Shown piece by piece: positions 22,619 to 36,150 of a stretch of DNA of 64,000 nt (position 1 is its first letter; each line of letters begins with the position of its first letter). The notes below the pieces were generated by a model. It did no database searches, was not told where the DNA came from, and saw only the letters and a program-made list of their open reading frames with translations. Source of the stretch: Antedon mediterranea. Lineage: Eukaryota; Animalia; Echinodermata. Position numbers and translations under genes: made by a program. The stretch covers positions 1,860,001 to 1,924,000 of the forward strand of contig NC_092680.1 in NCBI RefSeq assembly GCF_964355755.1, given 5' to 3'.

Positions 22619-25600
22619 TCAAACGATATTCTTTAATGCACAGAACATGGATGACATGAATAGAGGCAAGATGAGGTTGTCAATCTGTGATGTGAATGCC
22701 TCCAGTAGACTTGTAAGCAATACAACAGCTGTCATTGCTGTCCAACTGTACTGACTGTCTAATGTAGTAGAAATGGCACTAAAGACGTAGCAAGCTGCTA
22801 GTTGGGTTACAACAGCTGCCAGCGTTCCTTCAATCGTCTTTACAGTTTCAGCTAAAATTATAAAAGTAACATCCATATCAATCATAACATTGATAATCAA
22901 TCATAACGTAAAAGGATAAGTTGTATTTACTAGATAAGAAAATAAAAATGTAGTACTCACCAGACCACCTATGTTTACCATATTTAGAACCAATGACAGA
23001 AGCAGCTGTGTCGCCAATACCTAGTGAGATAACACCGCTGAACAATACCAAACCTGCTGCAAAAATAACAACTGCATTGTTTATACGGATGTTAAGAAAA
23101 GTCCTAGATGTCAGTTGGAGGTACCTATGACTAAAGCTCTGTCTACACTATCAAACTTTATGTGATGTGCCCATAATAATATGGACAGGATGATGTCACA
23201 TCACTACCATATTTGGGCATATCACTACCATTGGGCAAATCACACTTTTTTTGTCAAACTTGTTTGATAGTGTAGACAGAGCTTAAGAATCACAGATGTT
23301 CCAAACTTCATTTTGGTGGGCATTGAATATTAATGCTAGACCACACATACTCTAATAATTTGAGGTACACATATATAATGCATGTTTACCTTGAGTTGAT
23401 GGAACATGCTGATAGAGCCAGACAGGTATTGAGAAGCCTAGAAGCAGATAAATGTGTGTTAGAATAACCATTCCTGAATCACGCTTATCCACAAACACAG
23501 AGAATGCTTCATGTAGAAGACTTCCAAATGGCTCAATCCTGAACACACGTATAATCTGTAATAACAATTTTTAAAATTAATAAAAAAAATGTTTTTCTTT
23601 TTTTTATCTATCTTTTTTTTTTATTTATTTTGTTTACATTTTTTTAAAATTAATTTTTTTAATTTCTTTTTTTTTAAATTTCATGTGGTTTTTATATTAA
23701 AAAATATAAAAAAGATACATTTTAAAATATAAAAGGGTCTTGAACTATTTACACGTACCTCAAGAAGAATAAAGATAAATAAGGCTCCTGTTGATGCTAG
23801 ATATGTCACTTCCACATCCAGCATAATGCCTGGAACATATATCAACACAGCTATCACATGGAAATATTTACGAACAATCGTTGATGATGATTCTGTTGCG
23901 TACACAATCAGTGACGCTAATAAGACCAAGATTACCCATGATGCAATCAGCAAGATCTGTATAAAAAGTATAGTACGATAACATTTTAAAATAAAAAAAT
24001 TTATTTGTTTGAGGTATCACTGCAACACATTGCACATTGTTTATTATATTGTTGGATGTAAACTTGTCCCACTTCTAAATTTCTTGGCACCTTGTAGGAT
24101 ACAATCTAGGGTCTAGTTATCTAAGTAACACATTGCCAACTATCTATTACTTACTCTTATATTTGTTTCAAAGACAAATTTCAATCCCCAAAGGATAACA
24201 AATTCACCAAGCAAGTATGAAAGAACAGGAAAAAGAACAAGAATGACGACTGAACATGTGACTGCATAGAAAATAATCATCCTCCACCAATGATGACTTG
24301 AAGCTGACAATCTAGAAAATAATATTATAATAATCTATTATTATTATTTATATACCTTGAGGCTAAAATTACTGACAATAAAAAGAAAAAGTTAAATTTA
24401 TAAGTTGTTTTATATTTGTAACAGTTTCCCTTTAGTGGTTATCAATATCGGTTTTTAGGTGCAGTTATGTGTTATGTTTCAATGGTAAAAACAGAAAACT
24501 TTAATAATGGTTTTTAATCTTAGATAATATCATTTGAAAACGTTTTTGGTTTGGGCCAATAATAAAACTAGGTCAACCAGCAAGCATCTATTCCATGACT
24601 CAAAAATCAGTTTAATATAGAAGCTACTCAATGACTAATCTGGGTTCTGATGGATGGAGTTTTGACTTAATATTAGTAAAAAGATAAATAGTTTGGCACA
24701 TATGGCGTTTCGTACATACACTACTTGATCTTGTAAACTGTATTTTTCAGACAAAAATTGAAACATCTAATATATGGACTAATATAAAGAAGACAATAAA
24801 TACATACTTGGGGCAAGTTTACTAAATGACCAGAATTTCAGACATTAAACTGAAAAGATACACAAAATGTTGAGAAGCGAAGTTTTATTAAAGATATTGT
24901 ATTTTACTTACTTTTTCAAATGCTTTTCAGATTTCTTATTTTTACCCTTATCATTCAGAATGAACAAGACAATTGCAAAGCAAATGCATACTACTAATGC
25001 TCCATGAACCAAAACCTAATAAAATAGCAACACTTTGTAAACATACTGTGTATCCAAATACAGGAACTCCTTCATTTCTCTCTGTACTAATGCCTACTGC
25101 AACTAATTAAACATTATATAATTGTTTTAGTATTCCACACCAAGGATAAGTCCTTGAGGTGGGCCTTCTGGTGGTGAATTGGGCAGTATACCGGGAGACA
25201 ATCCCCTACTATTTTCAAAGAGTGAACTGCAATCTTGAACATGCACATGAGCCATGTTGCAGCTTAACAACTCATCCGAAAGACGATGCACTATCTGCAT
25301 GCATTCCAACTCATCAGTTGAAACACGCAGAGAGCGACAATAGAATTCAAACCATGGTGGACCAAAGGAAACATATGGTCTGTCACGGTTCAGCACACAC
25401 CACAGTGACTAAAGCGCCGTCTGAACTATCAAACTAGTGTGATATGCCCAAATATGGTAGTGATATGACATCATCATGTCCTAATATGGGAATTTTTTGT
25501 CACAAGTTTGATAGTGTAGACTGAGCTTAACACAAGTTTACTCAACTGCGCTATATATTGCTCTCTTACCTGTAAACAAGCATAGAGTGGACTTATTGAA

Positions 25601-27048
25601 TGTAAAAGTACTATTCTGGAACATCCATCAAGTGTGAACAAAGCTAATGCCTGAGATACAAGCAAACACTCTCCAATTGTGAAACTAGTAGGAAGGTACT
25701 GCACAAGACCTTCAAAATATAGAATTCCTGAAATAAAAAAAAAAAGATTTTGCTCATTAAAGAGAATAAAATCAAATTTATTTTTTAAATTAATATTTAT
25801 TCTTTGTGCTGAAGTGCCTCTTTCAAATTAGATACCAGCAGAAGGAGGTAAATAGGCCTAACTACAGTAGCCTAGCTGATGACAATTTTTTGCCTTAAAC
25901 ACACAATCTCATAAAATGACTTTCTATCTTTTGTTGGGAGATTGGATGACACAGGTGAGGTTTTAGGCCTGTACTATTAACATTTTTTGTTTGGTCGAAT
26001 AAAGAATTCTACTAAAAACTGTACCTAATAATATATTTGCAAAGTAAATCCTTTTTCCTTCCCAGAATAAAAATGACACCAGACAAATCAATAACCATGC
26101 AAATAAAACAAACTTTTTGGCGATGACCGATCCAAGATTATGAATAACTATGAGTAAATTTAATAATACAGTGACCGACAGCATGCTTGCTATTTGATAG
26201 TCTTCATACATTATAGGCAAACTTGACTTAATCCTTGTTGAGGCTAGCATTGTAATAGGAACCAACATTCCACCAACCACAATTCCAGAATTATGTTCAT
26301 TTCTATTAGAGAAAAAAAAAAACACTTAGCATGGTTTTGATTGATTAATCATGTAAAGCTCTGTCTACAAACTTTATGTGACAACAAAAAAAGTGATATG
26401 CTCATATATAATTCTCTTTCTTTATTTATTCATCCAAAAAAATATGGAAATGATGATGTCACATCACTGCTATATTTTGGGCATATCACTACTATATTTT
26501 GTCAAACTAGTTTGATTGTGCAGACAGAGCTTAAGTCACAAACAAAAATTGTAACAAAAGAAATTTTAGGAAAAAAATAAACGCAAACATTTTTGAAAAT
26601 TAGCGCTTCAATGTATCACACAAATTTTGATGATATTTATCGACAAAATATCTTTAAATAAATAAAAAATATTCCATACTTCAAGAGAGTCAGGGAAAAG
26701 TGAGTAAAATTATTTGAAGACACCTACCTAAATGCCCATCCAAAGCTTTTGAATGTTTTTTGAGTGATTGAATACTGAGCCAAACAAGCGAAAACAAACA
26801 CTACAGAAGTCAAGAAAAAAGGAAAATATACGTTTAGTTGTGAACATTTGCGAATTTTTCAAATAACAGTGTGAATTTATTATCAATTATATGAATGTTT
26901 AAGTGACTGTGACACAGGTACTTTCACAAACTAATAAAAAAAATACACTACCACTTAAAAAAATGAGTCTAAAAAATGTGTCTTCATCAATTAATAGAAA
27001 CAGGCTGGAACTAAAAACAAGCAGTTCCCTCACAGCTAAAGACATCAT
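22619..27048 (-). CDS. DOLK: Dolichol kinase (polytopic ER membrane CTP-dependent kinase), about 10 coding exons
   Basis: Exons 27048-26952, 26800-26728, ~26302-26058 ([12 protein letters not shown]), ~25727-25570 (PTSFTIGE), ~25015-24911, ~24312-24154, ~23956-23758 (STIVRKYFH), ~23555-23389 ([18 protein letters not shown]), ~23056-22961 ([16 protein letters not shown]), ~22850-22619 (KTIEGT...[10 protein letters not shown]). The start codon is the least certain part. Confidence 0.9.
23135..23283. mobile_element. MITE family A copy
   Basis: Both TIRs nearly perfect, TAA flanks. Confidence 0.88.
25412..25527. mobile_element. MITE family A copy (internally deleted)
   Basis: Degenerate left TIR; right TIR AGTTTGATAGTGTAGACTGAGCT. 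Confidence 0.75.
26358..26531. mobile_element. MITE family A copy
   Basis: AGCTCTGTCTACA ... AGTTTGATTGTGCAGACAGAGCT with TAA flanks. Confidence 0.78.
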
Positions 27049-27499
27049 TATTCTTTAATATCTGAAAAAAAAAGAAGAAAAGAAGTACTTAATAATAATT
27101 TAAAATAAAAATATGGAATTATAATATTTACAAATAACTTAGGCTAGTCCTAGGTTTATTTATTTTATTTCTTTATTCTGATATAAAATCATAGGATAAA
27201 AACACAAAAAAGTACAGAGACGGCAAACTTATTTCCATTGTGGTTTATAAATGAAATTAAATTGAAGTAATCAGTACATTCTTTCTAGGGGAAAGAGTTG
27301 CTACAATGATTTGTTCAAACACACATTTGACATGAATTATTTGTCCTTGATGGCGCACCATAGATTCGGGCGTTCCATACCCGACGATCGAACTAGGCCT
27401 ATATCAACCTTATCAACTAAACGGCATAATGGGCGATTGATGGCCTGTACGAGCATGGCAGTATCTCTTTACATTGGACTATGAGGAGCAACAGTAGGT

Positions 27500-28500
27500 T
27501 ACTTACTTACTAATATCTCTATGAATGATTAGATAGATAGTAGGCCTAGCCTAGCCTAGCTACTAGGCCTACTAGCTAGGCCTAGGGCCTATAGAATAGG
27601 CTAGTATGCCTACGTGTGGCCTAGCCTAGGCCTGGCCTAGCTAGTAGATACTTACTATTAATCTCTATTGGTACATTATTGTAAAATAAACAAAACATCA
27701 CAATATCTACCGGATATTGTTTGATAGAATGTGTTACAGTTTTAAACCAGTATTTAATGTTAATTTCATGTGGATGGGGATTTACCACGATACATTGTTA
27801 TTGAAGCTAATGACCCAGCGACCGGCTAAATAGTTGATTTAGATTTTATATAGTTTCCACAGGGCGGATTCCTATCAGCAGAGCCGGTTGTCGGTTACAT
27901 AACGAATCATTATGATTGTCCATAGAGCATAGATAAGATAGGTAATATTCTTCATTCTTTTTTTTGTTTAATCATTCTTTTTTTTTTATTTCGCATCATT
28001 CTTTTGTTTAAATGAAATATGTTTTGATATTTAGGCTATATAGCCATATATGTTTTGTAACTTGAAAAGGTTACTTTATTTATTATTTTCTATTACTTTG
28101 TAATGTAACCAAGTTAAGTAATGTATACTGTTTTATGAAATACAGAAAATAAAATAATAAAAACAAAAAGTTAGGTAATAATGAAATGTGCGCGCCCAGA
28201 GTGTGTTCTTTCTGTCATGTCCTTTTTCGCGCCGCGCCTTTAGGCAGTTATATTCCCAGAGGATATAGCATTAAGAAGCAGTAGGGCCCACACGCAAAGC
28301 TATAGTACTACGGTTGACAGAAATGGGAGTAACCAAAACAATTGATAATAAATAATTATTTCTGAAGAAAGAACAATAATTAAAGTCTAGGTGGCGTTTT
28401 TTGTAAGAAATATTTCTTGTTTAATTAAAAAACGTCTGATTAACTAGCTAGGCTAGACCTTAGTTTAGGTTATCATCTTGTTTTAACTTAGTTTTAGGTA
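27500..28500. promoter_or_regulatory. Probable divergent promoter region shared by DOLK and SLC35A4
   Basis: The genes are head-to-head (ATGs at 27048 and 28906). Candidate non-coding first-exon donors at ~27654 (minus, GTAAGT) and 28498 (plus, GTAAGT). Local CpG/GC-rich patches at ~27810-27900 and ~28190-28300. Confidence 0.5.
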
Positions 28501-28696
28501 AGTTTCTGCTTTTTCATTCTATAAATAATTATTATCGACAAGAGGTTTTATTTTTTAATGTATTGATTTATTATGCCTAGTGCAGTATAGGCTAGTATTA
28601 TTTTTAGGTCTATAGTTAGTAGGCCTTATAAATCATTTCACTTTGTTTGTAGTATTTACTTTTAATCTACTTTCAAGTGAAATAGCTCAGTTAGGC

Positions 28697-28720
28697 CATG
28701 GAGGTATCTATACCTCCATG
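28697..28720. other. Palindromic micro-insertion with near-perfect 7-bp TSD
   Basis: CATGGAGGTATCTATACCTCCATG flanked by GTTAGGC / GTAAGGC (1 mismatch). Confidence 0.7.
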
Positions 28721-28905
28721 GTAAGGCCTAGTTGTCGATTAATTCCCTTTGTGTTTTTGGGGGGGTTTTTTACTGTCTATTTATTTTCCATTCGATTTTT
28801 ATTGCTATTTTTTAAGTTTAACTAACTAAGTTTAACCAAACTAAATCGTTATATTATACTTCCAGCTAACATTCCACTGGAGTATTTTTAAGCTAACTTT
28901 CAACC

Positions 28906-31582
28906 ATGCACCCACCAAAACGAGATGACGTGGAACACAAAACAAAATGGATGTTGTTTCTTCTGGTGCCTACCGGGTAATTGTATATCTTTCTTTCCTG
29001 TAGACTCAATCAATTGATAGTAGTAGTTGTAGTATAATATTAATAGTAAGATCTATTGATCCGATTCAAATCAATTATAGTTTATTAAAAAGACAAGAAA
29101 ATCACTTTTCAGTTATTGACGGGCGGGTAATCTAGTATGAAAAGTATGCCGCGGTTTTGTCGAGAGGATTGATGCAACAGGCGAAACTGCACCCTTCCTT
29201 TCCCCCATATTTACATTTCTTGTAATTGATAGAGTTAATTATATATATATTATATATATATTTGATTTTCATAGTTTCCTTTCCAGTCAACAAACGTTTT
29301 CTTTTACAGAAAGCTCTGTCTACACTATAAACTAGTTTGACAAAAGAAATGTGATGTGCGTAAATAATTGTAGTGATATGCCCAAATATGTTAGTGATGT
29401 CATGATATCACTACCATATTTGGGCACATCACACTTTTTTTTCAAGCTGGTTTGATAGTGTAGACAGTGCTTAACGCATTGTGTTTCTATCTAATCGTCA
29501 GAGTGCTGATATACGGATCGCATTCGGTGCTGTTAAACTTGAGTAAAGTTGGTGGAATTGTGCCATTTAACTCTACTTCTTGTGTTGTAATGATTGAAAC
29601 ATTTAAGGTAAAGTATGGATCACTACTTCATCAACAAGTTAAGCTAAGGTTTACGCGCATTATGATTGTGTTTTATTATCACTTTTAGGCCTACATTTAC
29701 AAATGACTAAATAACTTGCATTAATTAACATATGATGGGAGTTAACATTTGTTATAACTTTAGATAAATTTCTTTTTTTGTTAGTTAATAATTTCGTTGC
29801 TAGTGTTCTGGAAGGGGTTCACACGTGATGGGGGAAAAGCCAATAACATGCCGTCATTCCAACAGTCTTTGTTATTCTCAGTGCCAGCTCTTCTTTACTG
29901 TCTAAATAATAATTTCGTAGTTCACATACAGTTGTATATGGATCCTGCAAGTTTTCAAGTAAGTATTACGCAATACAGCACGTTGCGTCGATACGTCGCG
30001 CTGCGTTGCGTGCTAGTGAGAACCACGCTTTAAGATTGGTTCCCACTAGAACGTAACGCAAGGACGTAAACGCAACGCAAGCGTTTCAACCAATGACAAG
30101 CGAAGTTATAGACAGTTAGCAATCACAAGCGAATAAGCCATCGCTTGTGATTGGTCAATTCACTTTTGTTGCGTTACGTCCTTGTGTTTCGTTGCTAGTG
30201 GGAACCACGCTTTAAGGAGGATTAGCGTCTAGAGTTAAACGTAAGACAGTGTTTTCTTGGATCAGTTCGTAGTCCTCATTCTGATAACCCGCTACCAAAT
30301 TCTTAGCTGCCGTTAATGCTTACAAACAATTTCCATCTTGTAGGTGCTTAGTAATCTAAAGACAGTTAGCACTGCTTTACTTTACTGGCTTATCATCAGA
30401 CGACGAATGACGTCACAACAGTGGCTTGCTGTTTTTCTACTTCTTCTAGCTGGTGTTGCTAACAGGTACGAGGGGCTAGCGATTATACATTTTAAACAGT
30501 GATAATAAAAACATTTTTACCATTACGTGGGCTACACAATTTTGTTTTTGAGTGAAAACAAAAAGGGCAAGAGGCTTTCCTTTTATTTAATAGGACCTAA
30601 AGCACTGTCTACACTATCAAACTTTATTTAATAGCTATGGAGGTCTACATTCAAAAGAGGACACGTCAAATATGCAAATTCAAGTGGATAGTCGTGGTTT
30701 AGCGTTGATGTCAATCTACTGTTGTATATCTGGTCTAGCTGGAGTCTACACTGAATATATCTTGAAGAAACACCAGGAGGTAAAATATAGAAAACAGTTT
30801 TTTACACGACGATCATCAACTTGTAATTGTAATTTAAATTTTCTTCTTCTGGAAATCCTTGATGGTATCTTTTAAATGAATATTATAATATCGATAGGTA
30901 TCATTGAGCCTGCAAAATGTGCTTTTGTATACGTACGGAGTGGCGTTTAATTTGGTTGGGTTCTTGTGGACGTCAGGCTTTCAACCATCTTCGTTCTTTC
31001 AAGGATTTTCAGTGTGGACAGTAATTATCATTGTTACTCAGGTACGTTAAAAGATAAGACGTGTCCACACGTTTAATTATCAATCATCAATCAATTAAAT
31101 ATAATCATGTTTGATTGATTAAATCCATTTATAATACTTTTAATTTTTCACCATCATATTACATGGTATACCTCTCTGTACTCTTGATTTAGTTATGGGG
31201 CGATATTTGGGTCATTGCTATTTACGCTATTTTCCGAACTGCGCCCCGTAGGTAATTTTTCAGTATATTATAATCCAAAGAATACATCATAAAATGTATC
31301 ATTATTGATTTGTGTTATGGACAATTTATTTAGGTATCTAGAGTTTCTCCGTATTAGAGTTATGTGAACGTTATTTTTGTTTCATTGCAGGCTTTTAACG
31401 GACTAATCATGTCAGCCATCTTTAAACATGGTAGTAACATCATACGACTGTTCATAATAGCGTCTGCAATGGGGGTAACCACAATCCTGTCGATGCTGCT
31501 ATTTTCACTTCAGCTCAACCTTTATTTCTATTGTGCTTTTGGCCTTGTCATTATTTCTCTTGTTTTATATCACAAGAGGTAA
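28906..31582 (+). CDS. SLC35A4: Nucleotide-sugar transporter, SLC35A4-like, 7 coding exons
   Basis: Exons 28906-28976, 29502-29607 (IYGSHSVLLNLSKVGGIVPFNSTS), 29785-29958 (FSVPALLYCLNNN...MDPASFQ), 30344-30465 (VLSNLKT), 30635-30779 (ISGLAGVYTEYILK), 30898-31041 (LQN..LY.YGV.FN), 31391-31582 (QAFNGLIMSAIFKHGSNIIRLF). GT-AG boundaries with consistent phases. Confidence 0.9.
29312..29471. mobile_element. MITE family A copy
   Basis: Both TIRs recognisable. Ends ~30 bp before the SLC35A4 exon 2 acceptor. Confidence 0.8.
30033..30211. mobile_element. MITE family B copy abutting a partial older family B end (~29980-30029)
   Basis: AGATTGGTTCCCACTAG ... CTAGTGGGAACCACGCT with TTA on both sides. 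Confidence 0.88.
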
Positions 31583-31588
31583 TATTAA

Positions 31589-31837
31589 AGCTTGGTTCCC
31601 ACTAGCGACGCCACGTAACGCAATCTACGCAACATACGAACATGTCCTTCCAATAATTGTGTTTGCCCCCGCCTGTGTGAAATCAAACCTACGATGTTTG
31701 CAGCACTGTTGCGTCGTCGGTTCCCACTTGTGATTACGCAATTCAGCACTTTGCGTTGATACGTCGTTGTCACGTTGCGTAGTGAGAACCACGCTCGTTG
31801 ATACGTCGTTGTCACGTTGCGTAGTGAGAACCGCGCT
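31589..31837. mobile_element. MITE of family B type immediately after the SLC35A4 stop codon
   Basis: TAA-AGCTTGGTTCCCACTAG ... TAGTGAGAACCGCGCT-TAA, with a tandem ~42-bp duplication of the right end. Confidence 0.8.
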
Positions 31838-33477
31838 TAAACTATGTTATCACCGATTATCTGTACAGTATTATTTTACCATTATTGTGAATAGAGTTTT
31901 CATCTAATTTATTACCATTGTAGTTTTTAGCTCAAGTACTGTAAATAAATTTGCAACAAAACACCATGGCTCTCACACTGAGTTTTATTACAAGGTTTTA
32001 GATTATATAATGTATACACCCATTACAAATACACATCATCATTCTACGGTGGAAGACTAAGGATGGTATTGGAGGAATTCCGTCGTATATTTCAGTCTTT
32101 GTTTTATTCAAATTTGAACTATTTATTCTTTTCAAAACTAATAATTATACTCAGAATTGCACTTATACTTATTATTATACATAATCAACTATGATAATTA
32201 TGATAATGTTAAAATGTTAACTATCCAGATCGACTTAGGTGGGGTTTTCTAAGTTAAAAAACTCGACTTCGTATATGCCTAAAGCCCAACCCGGCGGCGG
32301 AATTAGTTTCGAAGTTGGTCTAGACACATCGGCATCTTTGCAAATGTTCTATATTTGATCTTATTTTACTCCCCATTAACCCCATACAAAAACCTTTGGA
32401 GACAAACTATCTGTTTAAAACATGTTTATTTTGATGTGTGTGTAAATATTTTTTCTTTTATTTTGAAAGAGATGTATTTAGTGGGATGGGTGGGATAAGT
32501 GGCAAATCTCCGACGTCACCTGTTGCCAAATTAGCCTCACATTGGATTTGGGTTCATTTCAGCACCGATTAGGTCTAGCATTTTGACATGTATTTTTACC
32601 TTTAAACACATACGTTGTAGCGCTACGTTGCGTCGCTAGTGGAAACCACGGTTCAATATTGCTGAGTTTTCATACTGCACAATCAATGATTTATTGCACA
32701 AATATGGTATTTATGAGTCCAATACATTGCAATATTACTATTTTATAGTACCAGTAGTTTGTTCACAATTTCATTCATTCACCAGAAAAATCGAAACTTA
32801 CATAATATTGATCATTATGCAGCGTTTTATTGATACAGAATACGGCATTTAATCGCTTAGAAGTACCGTACTAAATTTGAATTGAGTATACAAAATGGTT
32901 CTCAGAGCCGAGCGGCGTATGATATATTTAACGTCAAGGTAAAACTCGTACTGTTACTGTAGGCTTATTGAGATTAAAAACTCAACATTTATGTTGCGAT
33001 GTTTAATAATTTGTTTATACTTTTGAATGAATATTAATGAAAATAATATAATGATTTTAGGAATAATTATCCATTCCCCGCCCCCACCCTCTTCCCCAAC
33101 AATTCATAGTAAGCAACCGGAGAATGGAAAAGGGGGTGAAGATTGTTCTTGAATTTTTTTATTGAAATATTTTACGAATAATGTAAAACAAAATATTACT
33201 TCTGTAGTTGCTATAATCGTCTCCGGCAGACTGATTTCCTGAAGATTAAAACAGAGTCGATTTTATGATTTGATTTATAGGTGCAGTTTTACTATACAAT
33301 GGGAGCGGCATTTAATAATGATTATCTAGACAATTAATTTGTGAATTTTCGCGCTGCAATAATTAAAACAAAATTTAAATTACAGAGAAACATTTTAGAC
33401 TAGTATAGGCCTATTATCAGTACGGTGGACAACATGTAGTTTGGCCTAACTCAGTTAATATCGAAGATTAAATCTAA

Positions 33478-33600
33478 ACCTGGTTTCTTACTAGAATGCA
33501 ACGCAATTAATATGATCAATCCTAGGCGAGGAATCATCACCAAGACGCGTCGTGATTGGTCAAATTACTCGCGTTGCGTCCTAGAGTGGGAACCAAAGCG
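33478..33600. mobile_element. Diverged MITE family B copy
   Basis: TGGTTTCTTACTAG..GCAACGCAA ... GATTGGTCA ... GTGGGAACCAA. Confidence 0.55.
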
Positions 33601-35994
33601 AACTTTCCTTGATTACTGTTTGTTTCATTTTGTATAAATATTGAGAAACAGATTATTCCAATTGTCCATTAAATAGAAAGAAAAGGCGTGGTGTACCGCA
33701 AACTTTATATCAACAAGAAAACTTACAACAAAGATTGATTAATATACGTAATTTTGTAACCGTTACTAAAATGAACTAATATCCCGCACGTTTAGACCTA
33801 ATATACTCATTTAAGCATTTTTCACTTAATTGACCGAAGATTTAATATACCTTTTAGGCCATAAAGTAGGTATAATTGAACCCAAATGCACTATGACTCT
33901 ATGAGCGAACCCGTAATCGCACTTTCTGTTGTTATTGATTTTCTTTTAAAATTGTAGGTTTTACATGAACATATCAATTCTATTAACCTTTTAACACTAT
34001 TATAAAGGCAAAAAGAAATGATAAAAAGCATTGCGAATTAGCTATGTTAGCGTGTATACAGTACCCTTGAAAATACAAGATTGACAATAAATACTTCTAT
34101 TACTATACGGATGAATGCAGTTGGTAAGTGTAGAGTCTAGATTCCATTGTCAAAGGTCAGTGTTGATCTTCTCAAAGCTCTCCGCGACGATGATCACGAA
34201 ATAGAGCAGTATATACGTTCATGTAGGCTATATAGTCTATAGACTCGCAGAAGGTAAGACTATAATTTTCTACAAATATAATAATTTATGCTAGTATCCA
34301 TAATAGTTATATTGTGTTCCGTTTCCGTTGTCTTTATAGCTACCTTTATATTATTAGGCCGTCGACTGCTGTATGCGTAAGCTTATAGTACGTTTCAATC
34401 AAAATGTGGCTGTGTACGTACAGTATATACAATCAATACAACCCTTATTTAGGTCATATATAATAATGGTTTTACAAGCAAACATTCCATTTCTATTTAT
34501 ATTTTCACGTTTGGATTCACTATGGTTAACAGGTTGTTACTACGACCATGGCATTGTCAACATCATAACTGGTATACTCGTGACATGTATGTTAAGTAGT
34601 ACCACTACCAGATTAATTGTACATATTGTGAATGTCATTTTTATATCGGTGCTTAGTGAAACCGTCGAAGGTGAAAGCCAGGTCAACCAATTAGTAGGCC
34701 TATTGGACCATATTTAATATTTCAGAAAATGCTGTCGAAACAATAACAGTACAGTCCATACAGTGGGTCTTTCATGTCTAAATTCATTTATGGAATGTGT
34801 TTATTTGTACCCTACAATTATTTCACTACAAAACTACATGCATTTTCGAGTGAGGACACAATTTTTTTTTTCTAAGTCTGAATGGTTTCTAGTGAAATAT
34901 TTCATTATAAACTAATGCATTTTCAAGATTGGAGAACGAAATCTAGAATTTAAGCCTGAAAATGGTTTCTAGTGAAATATTTCACTATAAATGCCTTTTC
35001 AAGACTGGAGAACGAATTCTCATTCTAAGCCTGACATGGTTTCTAGAAACTAACTGCCTTTTCAAGACTGGAAAACGAAGCCTGACAATGGTTTCTATAG
35101 TGAAAAGAAGGCCTAAATATTTTCGAGTTTGCACACTGATACTTTTTTCCAAAACGAAGCTAAAAGCATTTTAGTAAAAAATGTTAATCTTTTAATATCG
35201 AATAATATGATAATTATATTGAAATTCCTTTCTGAAAAGAAAAAGTGGAACAGTACTTCTGCAAATCTCGCCCTTGAACCTGAGTGTTACTATAATGGTA
35301 TACAGGTTACATTAAGATCAATGAACAATCAATATCCGGTAGAAATCAGGGTTGTTCATTTTGCTTGTTTTGTTCATGCATGATTGATTCAGTAAGTCAC
35401 ATGATTTCGATTTATTTTGTTATGTAAGATGCATATTATGTAACATACATTTTTTAAATTATATAAATCCTTGGATATAGTAATCATACGCATAACTCTA
35501 ATATAGTGACTGGCCTCGTACCGACTGAGTTACCATGAATAAATAAATGATGAATGAACTAACGAAGGAACGAATGAATGAATGGACCGAGTAAATGATT
35601 AACCTATTGAATAGATTGGCCGATAAGGATCTGGCCTACGGTTAACCAAGGATTCGGGGATAGAGTATTTCTCAATGGGCTACCAGAAGCGTTTATGTTC
35701 TGTACATTTTATATACATTTTATAAATAGGCCTATAATATATAATTTGAAACGATAAGAAGAGGAAATCTGTGTGAATAAGAAAAAGTCGCCCATAGATT
35801 TCCTCACAGATTTCCTCTATCGTTTCAAATTAATTAATCAAATTTCAGTAGACTATATCACTAAATTTATTCTGTGGCTGTAATGTTTATATATTTATAT
35901 ATATATTATATTTTATTTCCGCCGTACCACGCCCAGAATGTTAAAGAGTCGCTATCCAAAAAAAAACAAAACGGGGGGTGAACTGTACCATGAA

Positions 35995-36150
35995 AGCCCC
36001 AGTGGTGTAATGGTTAGGACATCAGCATATCAAGCAAAAGGTGGCGATTTCTCATTCTCACATATTTCCTCATCTTTATCGTTTCAAATTAATTAATTAA
36101 ATTTCACCGGGTGGTTTAGAATTAAAGTTCCATGCCTAAAGTGTTTATAT
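35995..36150 (+). mobile_element. Degenerate tRNA-derived SINE, with related fragments in both orientations at ~35740-35850
   Basis: A-box TGGTGTAATGG. The body TTTCCTC..TATCGTTTCAAATTAATTAAT recurs at ~35810-35845 and inverted at ~35742-35790. Confidence 0.5.
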
